The notes: generated by a model not told the origin, from the letters alone. A DNA stretch of 64,000 bases from Candidatus Nanoarchaeia archaeon (GCA_035288845.1 DATDZB010000001.1:9092-73091), one strand, 5' to 3'. Numbered from the stretch's first letter, positions 30,626 through 40,961 are shown. Made by a program: numbers and translations.

Positions 30626-30916
30626 TCATATGTTAAGTGCTATTTCCAACCTTTCCTCTTCATCCTCAATTATATTACTTAATACTTTACTAACAAACGA
30701 AATGAAAGATGATCCATTTCTCATTGGTCTTTTCTGTCCCCATTTTCTAAGTTTAATTAATAATTCCCTCTTATCAATTTCTTTTCCTTTTAAAATAGTA
30801 TTATGAAAAGGTTCAATTATTTCAAGAAGTTCAATACAATAAGTACAATAATCAGATCTTAACCCTTCAATTCCAAGACCACAGCCTTTACAATATTTGT
30901 AATTTGTTTTCTTCAC
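30626..30916 (-). CDS. Small CxxC..CxxC zinc-binding hypothetical protein
   Basis: CKGCG...CTYC; similar to the C-terminus of 57696..58280. Confidence 0.65.
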   Translation of the reverse strand: MKKTNYKYCKGCGLGIEGLRSDYCTYCIELLEIIEPFHNTILKGKEIDKRELLIKLRKWGQKRPMRNGSSFISFVSKVLSNIIEDEEERLEIALNI

Positions 30917-30957
30917 AAAAGTTTATTGCTTCTTGAATATTTAAATATTAGCTAAAA

Positions 30958-31140
30958 TCAATTTAAAATCTCAAGAACTTTAGCTTTAATTTTAGCCATT
31001 CCACCACTAGGTTCTGCTAGAACTTCATTGCAAACTAAACAATGTACTTTGGTAGTTGGAGCACTAAACATATTTTGCTCATTTTTACATTTATTACAAT
31101 GTACTTTTATAAATTTAGTTTTTGTTTCTTTAATTGCCAT
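30958..31140 (-). CDS. rps27e: 30S ribosomal protein S27e
   Basis: FIKVHCNKCKNEQ..F...VHCLVC..LAEPSGG. Confidence 0.96.
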   Translation of the reverse strand: MAIKETKTKFIKVHCNKCKNEQNMFSAPTTKVHCLVCNEVLAEPSGGMAKIKAKVLEILN

Positions 31141-31142
31141 AT

Positions 31143-31457
31143 TTATTTCAACTCGAATTTCTTTGCTCTAAATCCTTGTTTTTGTTGTGTTGATTTATTG
31201 CAAACTTTACATGTATATTTTAATAATGATTTTTTACTTCCTTTTGCCCCAGTTCTTTTCCATTTTGAAATTGCAGGTTTACTTCCCCATTTACCTTTAT
31301 TACCAGCACCTCTTCCTTGACCTCTTTTCTTTGCTCTAGCAATAGATCCTCTTGAAAGAGTACTTCTTTTACCCATTGCTTTATAAAAATCTACTTTCTG
31401 TTCAGTAGCTTTTTTACACTTTGGACAATATCTATTCATTGCTTTAGGTATTTTCAT
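31143..31457 (-). CDS. rpl44e: 50S ribosomal protein L44e (eL42)
   Basis: MKIPK...YCPKC...CKVC..RAKKFE; start revised to 31457. Confidence 0.95.
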   Translation of the reverse strand: MKIPKAMNRYCPKCKKATEQKVDFYKAMGKRSTLSRGSIARAKKRGQGRGAGNKGKWGSKPAISKWKRTGAKGSKKSLLKYTCKVCNKSTQQKQGFRAKKFELK

Positions 31458-31524
31458 ATTAACTTGGAAAATTAGTCTATTTATAAAGCTTTTTCTAAGG
31501 CTTTTTATTAAATAAAACAAATAA

Positions 31525-32142
31525 TTAAACTTCTTCAGCCCTATTATTCTTAATTAAAATTTCAGAAATCTTAATTGGTAAGTTAGCCATATCTTCAGCT
31601 TCATAAGGCCCATATTCATTTAAATCATCACCAACAAATTTAGGAACAGATTCTAAAAATCTAACAAACTTATTTTGTTTTTCTTTCTTTTCTTCTACAT
31701 TTTTAAAAGAGTTAGTTTCTTCTATTTTAGGAAGCCTAGAATGTAAAATATTATTCAAAATTCCATTTCTATAAAGATTAAACATTCCAACCATGCCATT
31801 ATACATTTTAATTTCTTCTTCAAGTAAAGCATCAACATCTGCCATTCTCTCTCCAGTTCTAGAATTAAATAAAGCTATTTGAATTATCTTAGCTTCTCTT
31901 CTTTCATATAATTCTTTAAGAATCATCTTAGTATTCTCTAATTGCCTTTTAGTACTAGCTACACTTTGAGAAGCAAAAACACTATCTTTCTTCTCTTGAC
32001 TGTCTAAAATTGCTTTTTTTTCATCCAGATATTTAACAGTTTTATTAAACAAATCATGATCTAGTTTTTGCAATTCTTTTTTATATTTCTCTAATCTAAG
32101 AATCTCATATAACTTTTCATAAGTAATTATTCCTTCTTCCAT
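31525..32142 (-). CDS. GINS complex subunit (Gins51 type)
   Basis: LYERREAKII; C-terminal B domain PKFVGDDLNEYGPY; conserved synteny with rpl44e. Confidence 0.88.
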   Translation of the reverse strand: MEEGIITYEKLYEILRLEKYKKELQKLDHDLFNKTVKYLDEKKAILDSQEKKDSVFASQSVASTKRQLENTKMILKELYERREAKIIQIALFNSRTGERMADVDALLEEEIKMYNGMVGMFNLYRNGILNNILHSRLPKIEETNSFKNVEEKKEKQNKFVRFLESVPKFVGDDLNEYGPYEAEDMANLPIKISEILIKNNRAEEV

Positions 32143-32196
32143 AAAAACTGAAAAAATAACTTAAATTTAAAGATTTATATTCCATTGCCTACAAGA

Positions 32197-32583
32197 TTAA
32201 CTTTTTGTTCTTTTGTGCTCATTAATTTGTTCATAGACATAAACAGCAGTTGCATTAGTGATCTTGCCAAATTCAATAATTCGTCCCAAATAAGGTTGAA
32301 GAAATCTTTCTGGATTAGGAGGATCATATAAAGAAAAAGCTTCAAATCTAGCTAAATGTTCTAAATCAGCTTTAGGTATAATAATTCCTTTTTCACTGTC
32401 AAATTTAAAACGTTTTGATTCTAAGATCTCTAGCTCATGTCTAGTAAAACCCTGGAAAAAAATTCCTTCTTCTAATTGAGCATAATCTGTACCAGGGTCA
32501 AGTTTTAAAGCATCAAGTGGACTATGGGTTCTAGAAATATCTAAAATTTTGTAAACACCTAAAATACATTCTACACTTCTCAT
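32197..32583 (-). CDS. Hypothetical protein
   Basis: 128-aa ORF. Confidence 0.6.
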   Translation of the reverse strand: MRSVECILGVYKILDISRTHSPLDALKLDPGTDYAQLEEGIFFQGFTRHELEILESKRFKFDSEKGIIIPKADLEHLARFEAFSLYDPPNPERFLQPYLGRIIEFGKITNATAVYVYEQINEHKRTKS

Positions 32584-32638
32584 GAAAAAAGTAATTTACT
32601 TCAATTTATAAAAAATTATATACTTTATTATAATTGTT

Positions 32639-33886
32639 CTATAAGAATTTAATAGCTTTCAAAACATCCTTAGCATATAAATTACTATAAGAACCTTTCA
32701 AAGCTTCATTTTCTGTAAACCTAGAAATACTATTAATTTTATTTTTTCCAAAGTGAATAAAAGGAATTAAATCAGCTGAATAAGTTCTTAATTCAGAAGT
32801 AATAGAATAATTGCCAGTAACAACAAATTCAATATCATTTTCAATATCTTTTAAAAATCCAAAGAACTTTTTATCTATTAACTCAATAATTTTTTTCTTT
32901 TCTAAAGGTTTATTATCTTTACTTGCAACAGCTAATTCTTTAAAGTGTATAATATACTTTTGATAACTTTTTTGTTTAAGTTCTTTAATACTAAAATTTA
33001 TTATTTCTTTTACACCATCAAATAAATTTTCATAAACATTTGAATCTTTCATTTCTGGATATTTAATTTCTAAAATTTGAGCTCCACTTAATTTTAAAAT
33101 TCCTTTTTCCATAGGACTAGAAACAATAGCACCCCAATTTGCTCTTTTAGGCAAAGAAATTAAACTAATTCCAGCTTCTCTAGGAATAACAACATTTGCA
33201 GGAAGTAAATATTTTTTATTTCTCTTAATATTTATTGGATGATTTTTTAATAATTCGTGACTTTGTTTAACAAATTCATTAACTAATTTAGCACTTAATT
33301 TAGAATTACTTGAAGGATCTAAAGCCCTAGCTTCATTTAACTTTTCTTTCTCAGATAAAGTATGAACGCCAAATTTACCAATTTTTTTATAAGAAGGATC
33401 AACACTTGTAATATTTTCTGAATAATTTCCTTTGAAAACTAAAATTCCTTTATGTCCAATTAAATGTTTAAAATCAAATTGAACACCTAGTTTTAAATTT
33501 CTAATTAAATATTCAGTTAATTCTTCAGCTTCTTTAGAACTTAAACTTCTTCCAACTCTTTTATCAATAATGTTTTCATTTTCAACAGTAGCAAAACTAG
33601 TGCTAAAAGCTAAATCTCCTTTTTTAAAATCCATTCCTTCACCAAAAGCTTCTAATGGTCCTTTAGCAAATTGATATTTTTGTAGATCATAACCTAATAA
33701 TGAAATTAAAGCATCTTGACTTCTAGGAATTGTTTTTTCATTTATAGAATAAAAACTCCCGCCATTACTTTTTGAAGCAAAATAATCTAAATTTGGAGTT
33801 TCTGCAGCTTCTAAAGGAGTTAATCCATTTAAGACCTTACAAGGTTTATCATTAATAGCATCAATAATAACTAGAATCTTAACCAT
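32639..33886 (-). CDS. apgM: Cofactor-independent phosphoglycerate mutase (ApgM) homolog, metal ligands degenerate
   Basis: TPLEAAETPNLD, LLGYD, GPLEAFG; C-terminal ligands altered. Confidence 0.8.
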   Translation of the reverse strand: MVKILVIIDAINDKPCKVLNGLTPLEAAETPNLDYFASKSNGGSFYSINEKTIPRSQDALISLLGYDLQKYQFAKGPLEAFGEGMDFKKGDLAFSTSFATVENENIIDKRVGRSLSSKEAEELTEYLIRNLKLGVQFDFKHLIGHKGILVFKGNYSENITSVDPSYKKIGKFGVHTLSEKEKLNEARALDPSSNSKLSAKLVNEFVKQSHELLKNHPINIKRNKKYLLPANVVIPREAGISLISLPKRANWGAIVSSPMEKGILKLSGAQILEIKYPEMKDSNVYENLFDGVKEIINFSIKELKQKSYQKYIIHFKELAVASKDNKPLEKKKIIELIDKKFFGFLKDIENDIEFVVTGNYSITSELRTYSADLIPFIHFGKNKINSISRFTENEALKGSYSNLYAKDVLKAIKFL

Positions 33887-33944
33887 AAAATATCCTGCAA
33901 GTAAGTTAGTATTTAAGATTTATTCTAAAAGAATATCTATTAAT

Positions 33945-34823
33945 CTATTTTTTGTCAGCAGCTTCTTTTAACTTTTTAAGATTTAATTTTTTCATTTTCA
34001 TCATAGCTTCCATAACTTTGGGATTTTTTAATAACTTCAATACTTCAACAGAAGCAATTTGCCAGGAAACACCAAACTTATCTTTTAACCAGCTACATTG
34101 AGATTCTTCTCCACCTTTAAGTAAATTATTCCAATAATAGTCAATTTTTTCTTGAGAATCACAATTAACTAAAAAAGAAGTAGCTTCATTAAAATCAAAA
34201 TTATGTTCACCAGGACCATCCATCGCCATAAATTCCTGATTTTCTAAATTAAATGAAGCATGTGCTACAGTTCCTTCTTTACCACCTGGAAAGTTTTTAT
34301 CATAATAAGTAATACTATTGATTTTAGAGTTTTTGAAAATTTTAAGATAATGGTTGATTGCAGCTTCTGCTTTACCCATTTTTTTATCAACAAATAATAA
34401 ACAAGGAACAATTCCAGAACCAGATTTAGCAAGCATTAATTGCCAAGAAACTCCAAATTGATCTTTGAAAAAAACATATTTTTCACTAAAAGGATATTTG
34501 TCTAAAGGCATCATAATTTCTCCATTTTTAGATAATTTCTTGAAAAATTCTTCTAATTCTTTTTCTTTTTGGAAATATACAAAGAAAGAAATTGAAGGAT
34601 TAGGTTTGAAAATAGGACCACCATTCAAAGCTATAAAATCTTGACCTTGTAATTGAAATGAAATTGTTAAAACTGAATCTTTAGGCATTCCAAAAGCTTT
34701 AGAACTTGCTTCATCATATCTTAAAATATTTCCAGTTTTAGAATTTTTAAAAATAGAAGTATAGTATCTAACTGCTTCTTCAGCATTATCATCAAACCAT
34801 AAACATGGAGTTATTTTTTGCAT
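33945..34823 (-). CDS. VOC/PhnB-like (3-demethylubiquinone methyltransferase-like) tandem-domain protein
   Basis: KITPCLWF, DQFGVSWQ and DKFGVSWQ repeats. Confidence 0.92.
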   Translation of the reverse strand: MQKITPCLWFDDNAEEAVRYYTSIFKNSKTGNILRYDEASSKAFGMPKDSVLTISFQLQGQDFIALNGGPIFKPNPSISFFVYFQKEKELEEFFKKLSKNGEIMMPLDKYPFSEKYVFFKDQFGVSWQLMLAKSGSGIVPCLLFVDKKMGKAEAAINHYLKIFKNSKINSITYYDKNFPGGKEGTVAHASFNLENQEFMAMDGPGEHNFDFNEATSFLVNCDSQEKIDYYWNNLLKGGEESQCSWLKDKFGVSWQIASVEVLKLLKNPKVMEAMMKMKKLNLKKLKEAADKK

Positions 34824-34884
34824 CAACTAATCTAGTAATGAATATTTATAAAATTGTCGTATAAAGATTATATGAATAGATTAA

Positions 34885-35472
34885 TTATTCTAAAGGAGCA
34901 TCCATAAATATTTTTTCTAAATTTCCGTAATTTGGAGCAAAAGGAAATCTCAATTGTCTTTTAAAATCTACAGCATCTTTTGCAAAAGCCATGTAACTAC
35001 CATAGTCGTAAATAAAAGGTTGTAAACCAAAGGAATTTATTGCAGCTCTTAATGTTCTTGGATCAGCTCTTGCTTTTCTTCCAATCCATTCAGCTATTCC
35101 ATTGTTGTCGTAATGAATTTTATTCTGGTAGCTAAAAAAAGGCATTGCATATTCATCAGGTAAATCCTCCCCATACAAACCATAATAAGCATGAGCTAAT
35201 TCATGAAATAAAGTATTGTCTCTAGAATACCCTTCCAAACCAGAACTTATTGAAATTCCTCCATTTTTAAAACATATTCCAGCTATCTTACTTTGTTTAA
35301 GATTATCACTAACTCTAACTTTCCATTTCTTACTAACTAATTCGACTATTGCTCTTTGATTTAATGGATGATCTCTAATTAATTGCCAAATTATCCTACC
35401 AGATTCCTTTTTTTGTAATTCTAGAACATGAGTGTTTAGTTCCATCCAATTATACCCAACAAGTTCTCCCAT
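34885..35472 (-). CDS. HExxH zincin-like protein (ImmA/IrrE-like)
   Basis: TLFHELAHA motif. Confidence 0.6.
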   Translation of the reverse strand: MGELVGYNWMELNTHVLELQKKESGRIIWQLIRDHPLNQRAIVELVSKKWKVRVSDNLKQSKIAGICFKNGGISISSGLEGYSRDNTLFHELAHAYYGLYGEDLPDEYAMPFFSYQNKIHYDNNGIAEWIGRKARADPRTLRAAINSFGLQPFIYDYGSYMAFAKDAVDFKRQLRFPFAPNYGNLEKIFMDAPLE

Positions 35473-35522
35473 AAAATAAGAAAAATAACTACCTTTATAA
35501 CAATTTCAATTTTTCAAAATAT

Positions 35523-36503
35523 ATGAAAGTTAAACAAATTCCAGAAGATTTTATTGTAGAAGAAATTATAGATTTGAAAATAGATGATAAAAAACAAGAT
35601 TACTCTATATTTAGATTAACTAAGAAAAATTGGTCAACTTTTAATATTATTGAAAAAATATCAGAAAGATTACAAATTCCACAAAAGTTTATTGGTTATG
35701 CAGGAATTAAAGACAGAAAAGCAGTAACTACACAATATATTTCCATTTATAAAATTAATAAAGAAAAAATTGAAAATCTAAAAATAGAAGATGTAAATCT
35801 AGAATTTGTAGGTTATTCTAAAGAAAGAATTAATTTAGGAGATTTAAAAGAAAATAAATTCAAAATTACAATTAGAAATTTAAATAAAAAGATTAAATTG
35901 CCAAAAAAACTACAATTAGAAAACTATTTTGATTCACAAAGATTTGGTAAAGATAATAATACACATGAAATAGGAAAATTAATTCTAAAAAGGAATTTCA
36001 AAGAAGTTTGTAAAATTCTAAATCTAGAAATAAATAACAATGACCCAATTGGCGCTTTAAGAAAACAGCCTTTAAAATTATTAAAATTTTATATTTCAGC
36101 TTATCAATCTTATATTTGGAATAAAAATTTAAATGAAATCATAAAACAAAATAAAAGTATTAAGACAATTAAATCAGAGTTAGGAGAGATTTCATTTTCA
36201 AATAAAAAAATAAAACCATTTAAAATCCCATTATTAAACTTTGATACAGAAGAAGATATAATCTTAACTAAAATAATGAAAGAAGAAAACATTTCTAAAC
36301 TTGATTTTATAATAAAACAAATACCAGAATTAATATATGCTTCTATAGAAAGGGAAGCATTTATAGAAATAAAAAATATAAAATCTAAATTTTCAAAAGA
36401 CGAATTAAATAAAGAAAAATTAAAATTAGTATTAGAATTTAATCTTCCAAAAGGAAGCTACGCTACAATGTTAATTAAGAAAATATCCTTATTATTACAA
36501 TAA
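35523..36503 (+). CDS. truD: tRNA pseudouridine(13) synthase TruD
   Basis: PEDFIVEE, YAGIKDRKAVTTQ, NYFDSQRFG, AYQSYIWN, LPKGSYAT. Confidence 0.96.
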   Translation: MKVKQIPEDFIVEEIIDLKIDDKKQDYSIFRLTKKNWSTFNIIEKISERLQIPQKFIGYAGIKDRKAVTTQYISIYKINKEKIENLKIEDVNLEFVGYSKERINLGDLKENKFKITIRNLNKKIKLPKKLQLENYFDSQRFGKDNNTHEIGKLILKRNFKEVCKILNLEINNNDPIGALRKQPLKLLKFYISAYQSYIWNKNLNEIIKQNKSIKTIKSELGEISFSNKKIKPFKIPLLNFDTEEDIILTKIMKEENISKLDFIIKQIPELIYASIEREAFIEIKNIKSKFSKDELNKEKLKLVLEFNLPKGSYATMLIKKISLLLQ

Positions 36504-36534
36504 TGCTTTTAATTTAAGATCATATTGCACAAGC

Positions 36535-37110
36535 ATGTGGGATCAATCAAGAGTAAAGTTTAGAATTGAAGCATTAAATATTGCCTATCTTTGTGCGAAT
36601 TTTGGAGTAAAAAGAGCAAATCCAAAACTTTCAGGAAACGGATTAGAATTTGATTTAGTAGCTGGAAAAAGTAGTCTTTTTGAATTAAAATCCAGGACAT
36701 TTCCAAGATTAGAATCAGCTAGAACACGTGAAACAAAAGATGGAACTTTAAGAAAAAGATATAAATCTGAATTTGAGTGGTGGGCATTAGATGCAGATCA
36801 AATAGCAGCATATTCAAATTGGTGTTCAGAAAATGATTACACTCCCTATTGGATATTTTTATTGGGAGAAACAAATAGAAGAGTAACTGATCATGTTATT
36901 TTAGGTGAAAATTCAATTTTAAATAGAGAAGTATATGTTTTACCTTGGGAAACACACAGATTAGTAAATATCAGCCCAAACGGCAGTTACCATAACATTG
37001 GATTAAAAAGGTTAAAAAATAATTATGGGTTTAAAACAAAAACAATACCTAAAGGAACAATTCATATTGAAGAATCAATAGAAAAAGCAGTAAAAAGATA
37101 TTTTGCTTAA
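36535..37110 (+). CDS. Putative PD-(D/E)xK nuclease-fold protein
   Basis: E...FDL...LFELKS motif. Confidence 0.5.
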   Translation: MWDQSRVKFRIEALNIAYLCANFGVKRANPKLSGNGLEFDLVAGKSSLFELKSRTFPRLESARTRETKDGTLRKRYKSEFEWWALDADQIAAYSNWCSENDYTPYWIFLLGETNRRVTDHVILGENSILNREVYVLPWETHRLVNISPNGSYHNIGLKRLKNNYGFKTKTIPKGTIHIEESIEKAVKRYFA

Positions 37111-37169
37111 CTTTAATTTAAACTAAAGTCTTAGCTATGTTATTAAATGTTTTATCTTATAAATAAACT

Positions 37170-37490
37170 ATGAAAATAAAAATATTTAGTATTTTACTTA
37201 TAATGTTAATAACATTACCAATATCTCAAGCTCTAGAACCAGCAGAATGGTGGGGTTATTGTAATTATAAAATACATAATGATTCTTATTATCTAAATTA
37301 TACAGAATATCAAAATATATCTGTAGAAGAATGTTATGAAATGATGGAAAGTTTTCAAAGATTAGAAGAAGAGTTATATGGTAAAAAAACAAAGTGGTAT
37401 GAAAATATAAGTTACATTAAAGTAACACTAATCTTAATGGTTATTTCAATCTTAACTTATATAATATACAAACAATACAATAAAAGCTAA
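37170..37490 (+). CDS. Small exported protein with C-terminal TM anchor
   Basis: Signal peptide and C-terminal hydrophobic helix. Confidence 0.6.
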   Translation: MKIKIFSILLIMLITLPISQALEPAEWWGYCNYKIHNDSYYLNYTEYQNISVEECYEMMESFQRLEEELYGKKTKWYENISYIKVTLILMVISILTYIIYKQYNKS

Positions 37491-37527
37491 TAAAAAACCT
37501 TTTAAACTTTCATTATTAATTCTATTC

Positions 37528-38814
37528 ATGTTTAAGTTTTTAAAAGATAAAATAAAAGAAACAGTTTCTAGAATCTCAAGAAAAGTAGAAGAGGAAGAAA
37601 TAATTGAAACACCTGAAGAAGAAATAGTAGAAATAAAACCAAAAAAAGAAAAGAAAGCAAAAGAAAAGAAAAAATCAGAAAAAAAACAAAAAGAAGTTGA
37701 AGAAGTAGAACAAGAACCAGAAGAAATTATAGAAGAAGCAAAAGAAGAAGTTAAAACTAAATTAGAAGAACCTAAAGAAAAAAAAGGATTTTTCTCAATA
37801 TTTAAAAGAAAAGTAAAAGATGAATATGTTGAAGAACCAATTGAAGAAGAAGTTGAAGTTGAAACTGAAAAAGCAGAACAACTAGAAGAAGAATTAAAAA
37901 TTGAAGAAAAAGAAATTGAAAAGCAAGAAGAGAAGAAATCCATTTTTGCAAAATTAAAAGAAAAAGTAACAACAACCAAGATTTCTGAAGATAGATTTAA
38001 TGAACTATTTGAAGATTTAGAAGTAACTTTGCTAGAAAATAATGTAGCATTTGATGTAGTTGATAAAATAAAAGAAGATTTAAAAAAAGATTTATTAGAA
38101 AAAGCAATTAAAAGAGGAGAAGTTGAAACTAAAATAATAGACTCTTTAAAAGAAAGCATTGAAGACTTATTTTTAACACCAAGTATAAAATTAATTGAAC
38201 AAATAAAAGAAAAACAAGAAAAACCATATGTGATCTGTTTTGTAGGACAAAATGGTGCAGGTAAAACAACAACAATAGCTAAAGTTGCTCATTTGTTAAA
38301 GAAAAACAATATTTCTTCAGTTATAGCAGCTTCAGATACATTTAGAGCAGGTTCAATAAATCAATTAAAAGAATGGGGAGCTAAACTAAATGTAAAAGTA
38401 ATTGCTCACGATTATGGGTCAGATCCAGCAGCAGTTGCATTTGATGCTAAAAACTATTGTCAAGCACATAAAATTGAAGTTTTATTAATAGATACTGCAG
38501 GAAGACAACATACAAATGCAGATTTAATGAGAGAATTAGAAAAAATTGTTAGAGTAACTAAACCAGATTTAAAAATATTCATTGGTGAAGCAATAACAGG
38601 TAATGATGCAGTAGAACAAGCTAAAGAATTTAAAGATTTAATTGGAATTGACGGAATAATATTAACTAAAGCAGATGTAGATGAAAAAGGTGGAGCAATT
38701 GTTTCAGTTTCTCATGTTACTCATAGACCAATAATGTACTTAGGTGTTGGCCAGCAATTAGGTGATTTAGAAGAATTTAATAAAGAAAAAATATTAAAAA
38801 ATTTAGGACTATGA
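37528..38814 (+). CDS. ftsY: Signal recognition particle receptor FtsY
   Basis: Acidic/Lys-rich N-domain; GQNGAGKTTT, DTFRAG, DTAGR, TKAD. Confidence 0.97.
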   Translation: MFKFLKDKIKETVSRISRKVEEEEIIETPEEEIVEIKPKKEKKAKEKKKSEKKQKEVEEVEQEPEEIIEEAKEEVKTKLEEPKEKKGFFSIFKRKVKDEYVEEPIEEEVEVETEKAEQLEEELKIEEKEIEKQEEKKSIFAKLKEKVTTTKISEDRFNELFEDLEVTLLENNVAFDVVDKIKEDLKKDLLEKAIKRGEVETKIIDSLKESIEDLFLTPSIKLIEQIKEKQEKPYVICFVGQNGAGKTTTIAKVAHLLKKNNISSVIAASDTFRAGSINQLKEWGAKLNVKVIAHDYGSDPAAVAFDAKNYCQAHKIEVLLIDTAGRQHTNADLMRELEKIVRVTKPDLKIFIGEAITGNDAVEQAKEFKDLIGIDGIILTKADVDEKGGAIVSVSHVTHRPIMYLGVGQQLGDLEEFNKEKILKNLGL

Positions 38815-38815
38815 A

Positions 38816-39298
38816 ATGGTAGAAATATATGAAACAAAAAATTTTAAGGTTGTAACTCCGTTTGAACCACACATAACAAGAGAAGATGGGGGACATATAA
38901 TGATAATACCGAAGAAAGATTATTGTGATAGAACTCAACTCCCCCCAAAAAAAGCTATAGAATTAATGAGATTAACAATGATTACTGGAGAAGCTTTTGC
39001 AAAAGCAATGAACAAAAATGGAGTTGATATTGGTAGAATAAATTATCAAGATAATGGAAATTGGTCAGTCTTTAAACCTGGCGGCCCAATTTTACATATT
39101 CACATTGTAGGTAGAGCAAAAAGTGCAAAAATTCAAAAATACGGAACATGTTTAAAATTACCAGACCCTAAAGATGATCCAAATTATTATAAAAATAATA
39201 AACAGTTAACAAATGAAGATGTTAAAGAAATTAATAAACAAATAAGAATAATATCTAGATATGAAAAATATAAGAATTCCAATTGGAAATTATTATGA
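38816..39298 (+). CDS. HIT-like protein
   Basis: DGGH, NYQDNGNW, LHIHIVGR. Confidence 0.8.
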   Translation: MVEIYETKNFKVVTPFEPHITREDGGHIMIIPKKDYCDRTQLPPKKAIELMRLTMITGEAFAKAMNKNGVDIGRINYQDNGNWSVFKPGGPILHIHIVGRAKSAKIQKYGTCLKLPDPKDDPNYYKNNKQLTNEDVKEINKQIRIISRYEKYKNSNWKLL

Positions 39299-39702
39299 TA
39301 GATCATGCAGCTTTAATTATAAAAAATAATGAAAAGATATTATTTATAAAAAGATCAAAATATAAAAGAGTTCTTCCAAACTTATGGGGTTTTCCTTCTG
39401 GAACTAAAGAAGAAAATGAAGACATTAATGAAACAGCAGTAAGAGAAGCTTATGAAGAATTAGATTTAAAAATTAAAGTTGAAAAATTAATTACAACAAA
39501 AGATGTTCAAGAATTTAATGTAAGGTTACACTTTTTACTTTGTTCAATAATTTCTGGAAATCCTATTATTAAAGATGAAAAAGAAATTTCAGAAATGGAA
39601 TGGTTAACTTTCCAAGAATTCTTCAATAAATACCAAGACCATGAAATAGGAAATGGCGTTTCTTTCTTAAGAAAAAATCCAAGCTTATGGGTTAATATTT
39701 AG
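39295..39702 (+). CDS. NUDIX hydrolase
   Basis: Nudix box GTKEENEDINETAVREAYEEL. Confidence 0.92.
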   Translation: MIDHAALIIKNNEKILFIKRSKYKRVLPNLWGFPSGTKEENEDINETAVREAYEELDLKIKVEKLITTKDVQEFNVRLHFLLCSIISGNPIIKDEKEISEMEWLTFQEFFNKYQDHEIGNGVSFLRKNPSLWVNI

Positions 39703-40245
39703 TCCAAAGAAATTATTTAGTAATAATCCAACACCATAACCAACTAAAGCAGCAATAATTCCAATAATCATTAATTCAAACCCACTTCTTTTCCAATTTC
39801 CAGTTGTTAACTTTCCTTTTACAACACCAACAATAAATAAAATTATAGCTGAAAATATTAAACTTATAATAATTCCATTTTTAACCTTGAAAAAGAAAAA
39901 AGGCAATAAAGGAATAATACTGCCTATAACAGTAGACAATCCAACAACACCTGCACTTTTCAAAGGTTCTTCTGATTCCTTAAGAAACAATCTATGTTTA
40001 ACTTTATTTTTATCTTTCTTATCATCACGAATTAAACTTTTATAATAATCTTTTTGAGCTCTTGAAGAAGTATAAGCAACTGCAGCCATACTAACACTTT
40101 CAGCAACAGTAGCCACAATTCCAGATATTAAAACAATATTTGTATTCAATGTTGCACTAGCTACACCTAAAACTAATCCAAGAACATTAACAAGACCGTC
40201 TTGCCCGCCAAGAATAAAATCTCTGAAATTCACCTTTTTAGACAT
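39685..40245 (-). CDS. VIT1/CCC1 family transporter
   Basis: DFILGGQDGLV, SMAA, PLLPF. Confidence 0.92.
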   Translation of the reverse strand: MSKKVNFRDFILGGQDGLVNVLGLVLGVASATLNTNIVLISGIVATVAESVSMAAVAYTSSRAQKDYYKSLIRDDKKDKNKVKHRLFLKESEEPLKSAGVVGLSTVIGSIIPLLPFFFFKVKNGIIISLIFSAIILFIVGVVKGKLTTGNWKRSGFELMIIGIIAALVGYGVGLLLNNFFGLNINP

Positions 40246-40322
40246 GCTACTAAAATATAACTATTGGTATAAATATATTTCTAATGGAAAAGCTTAATTA
40301 AAAGAAAAAATCAAATATTTAT

Positions 40323-40961
40323 ATGGAAAAATCTAGAATAATTATTTGTGCAATAGCAATAATATCTTTCTTAGCTATTATCTTTTATGGAATATCAGTA
40401 AATACTACAAATTATGTAACAGAAACAATATTTTTTATAATATTTACATTAATCTTAATTTATCTTTTCAATTACTTAAAACTAGACAATTTCACTTATT
40501 CAATATTAATTTTAGCAATGCTTTTACATTCTCTTGGAACATTTGGGTTTTATGCAAAAACTCCAATTATAATTCAATATGATCATATAACTCATTTCAT
40601 ATTAACTTTTGCCTTTGCTGTTCCATTATTTAAATTATTAAAAGGTAAAATAACAGGTAGACATCATAAAAGAACAATTATAATTATTGTCTTATTTTTC
40701 TGTCTTGGAGTAGGAGCTTTAATAGAACAAATTGAATTTCTAGGTTATCTAAATTCAGATGGAGCAAGAACATTTTTTTACGTAGGAGATGCAGGCGATA
40801 CAGGTGTTGGTGGATTTACACAAATAGAATTAAAAGAAATTGATGCAGTTGGTGGCGGCTGGCTTAACACTATGTGGGATTTAATGTATAATTTTCTTGG
40901 AGCAGTAATGGGAATTATTGTTGCTTTAATATTTTATAATAAAAATTATTTGCTCAGTTAA
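40323..40961 (+). CDS. Integral membrane protein (DUF2238-like)
   Basis: H..G, YDHITHF, EQIEF, TMWDL motifs. Confidence 0.7.
   Translation: MEKSRIIICAIAIISFLAIIFYGISVNTTNYVTETIFFIIFTLILIYLFNYLKLDNFTYSILILAMLLHSLGTFGFYAKTPIIIQYDHITHFILTFAFAVPLFKLLKGKITGRHHKRTIIIIVLFFCLGVGALIEQIEFLGYLNSDGARTFFYVGDAGDTGVGGFTQIELKEIDAVGGGWLNTMWDLMYNFLGAVMGIIVALIFYNKNYLLS

Noticed and set aside
37452..38159. 235-aa Ser/Phe-rich minus-strand ORF
   Set aside because: Antisense shadow of the Glu/Lys-rich ftsY N-terminus
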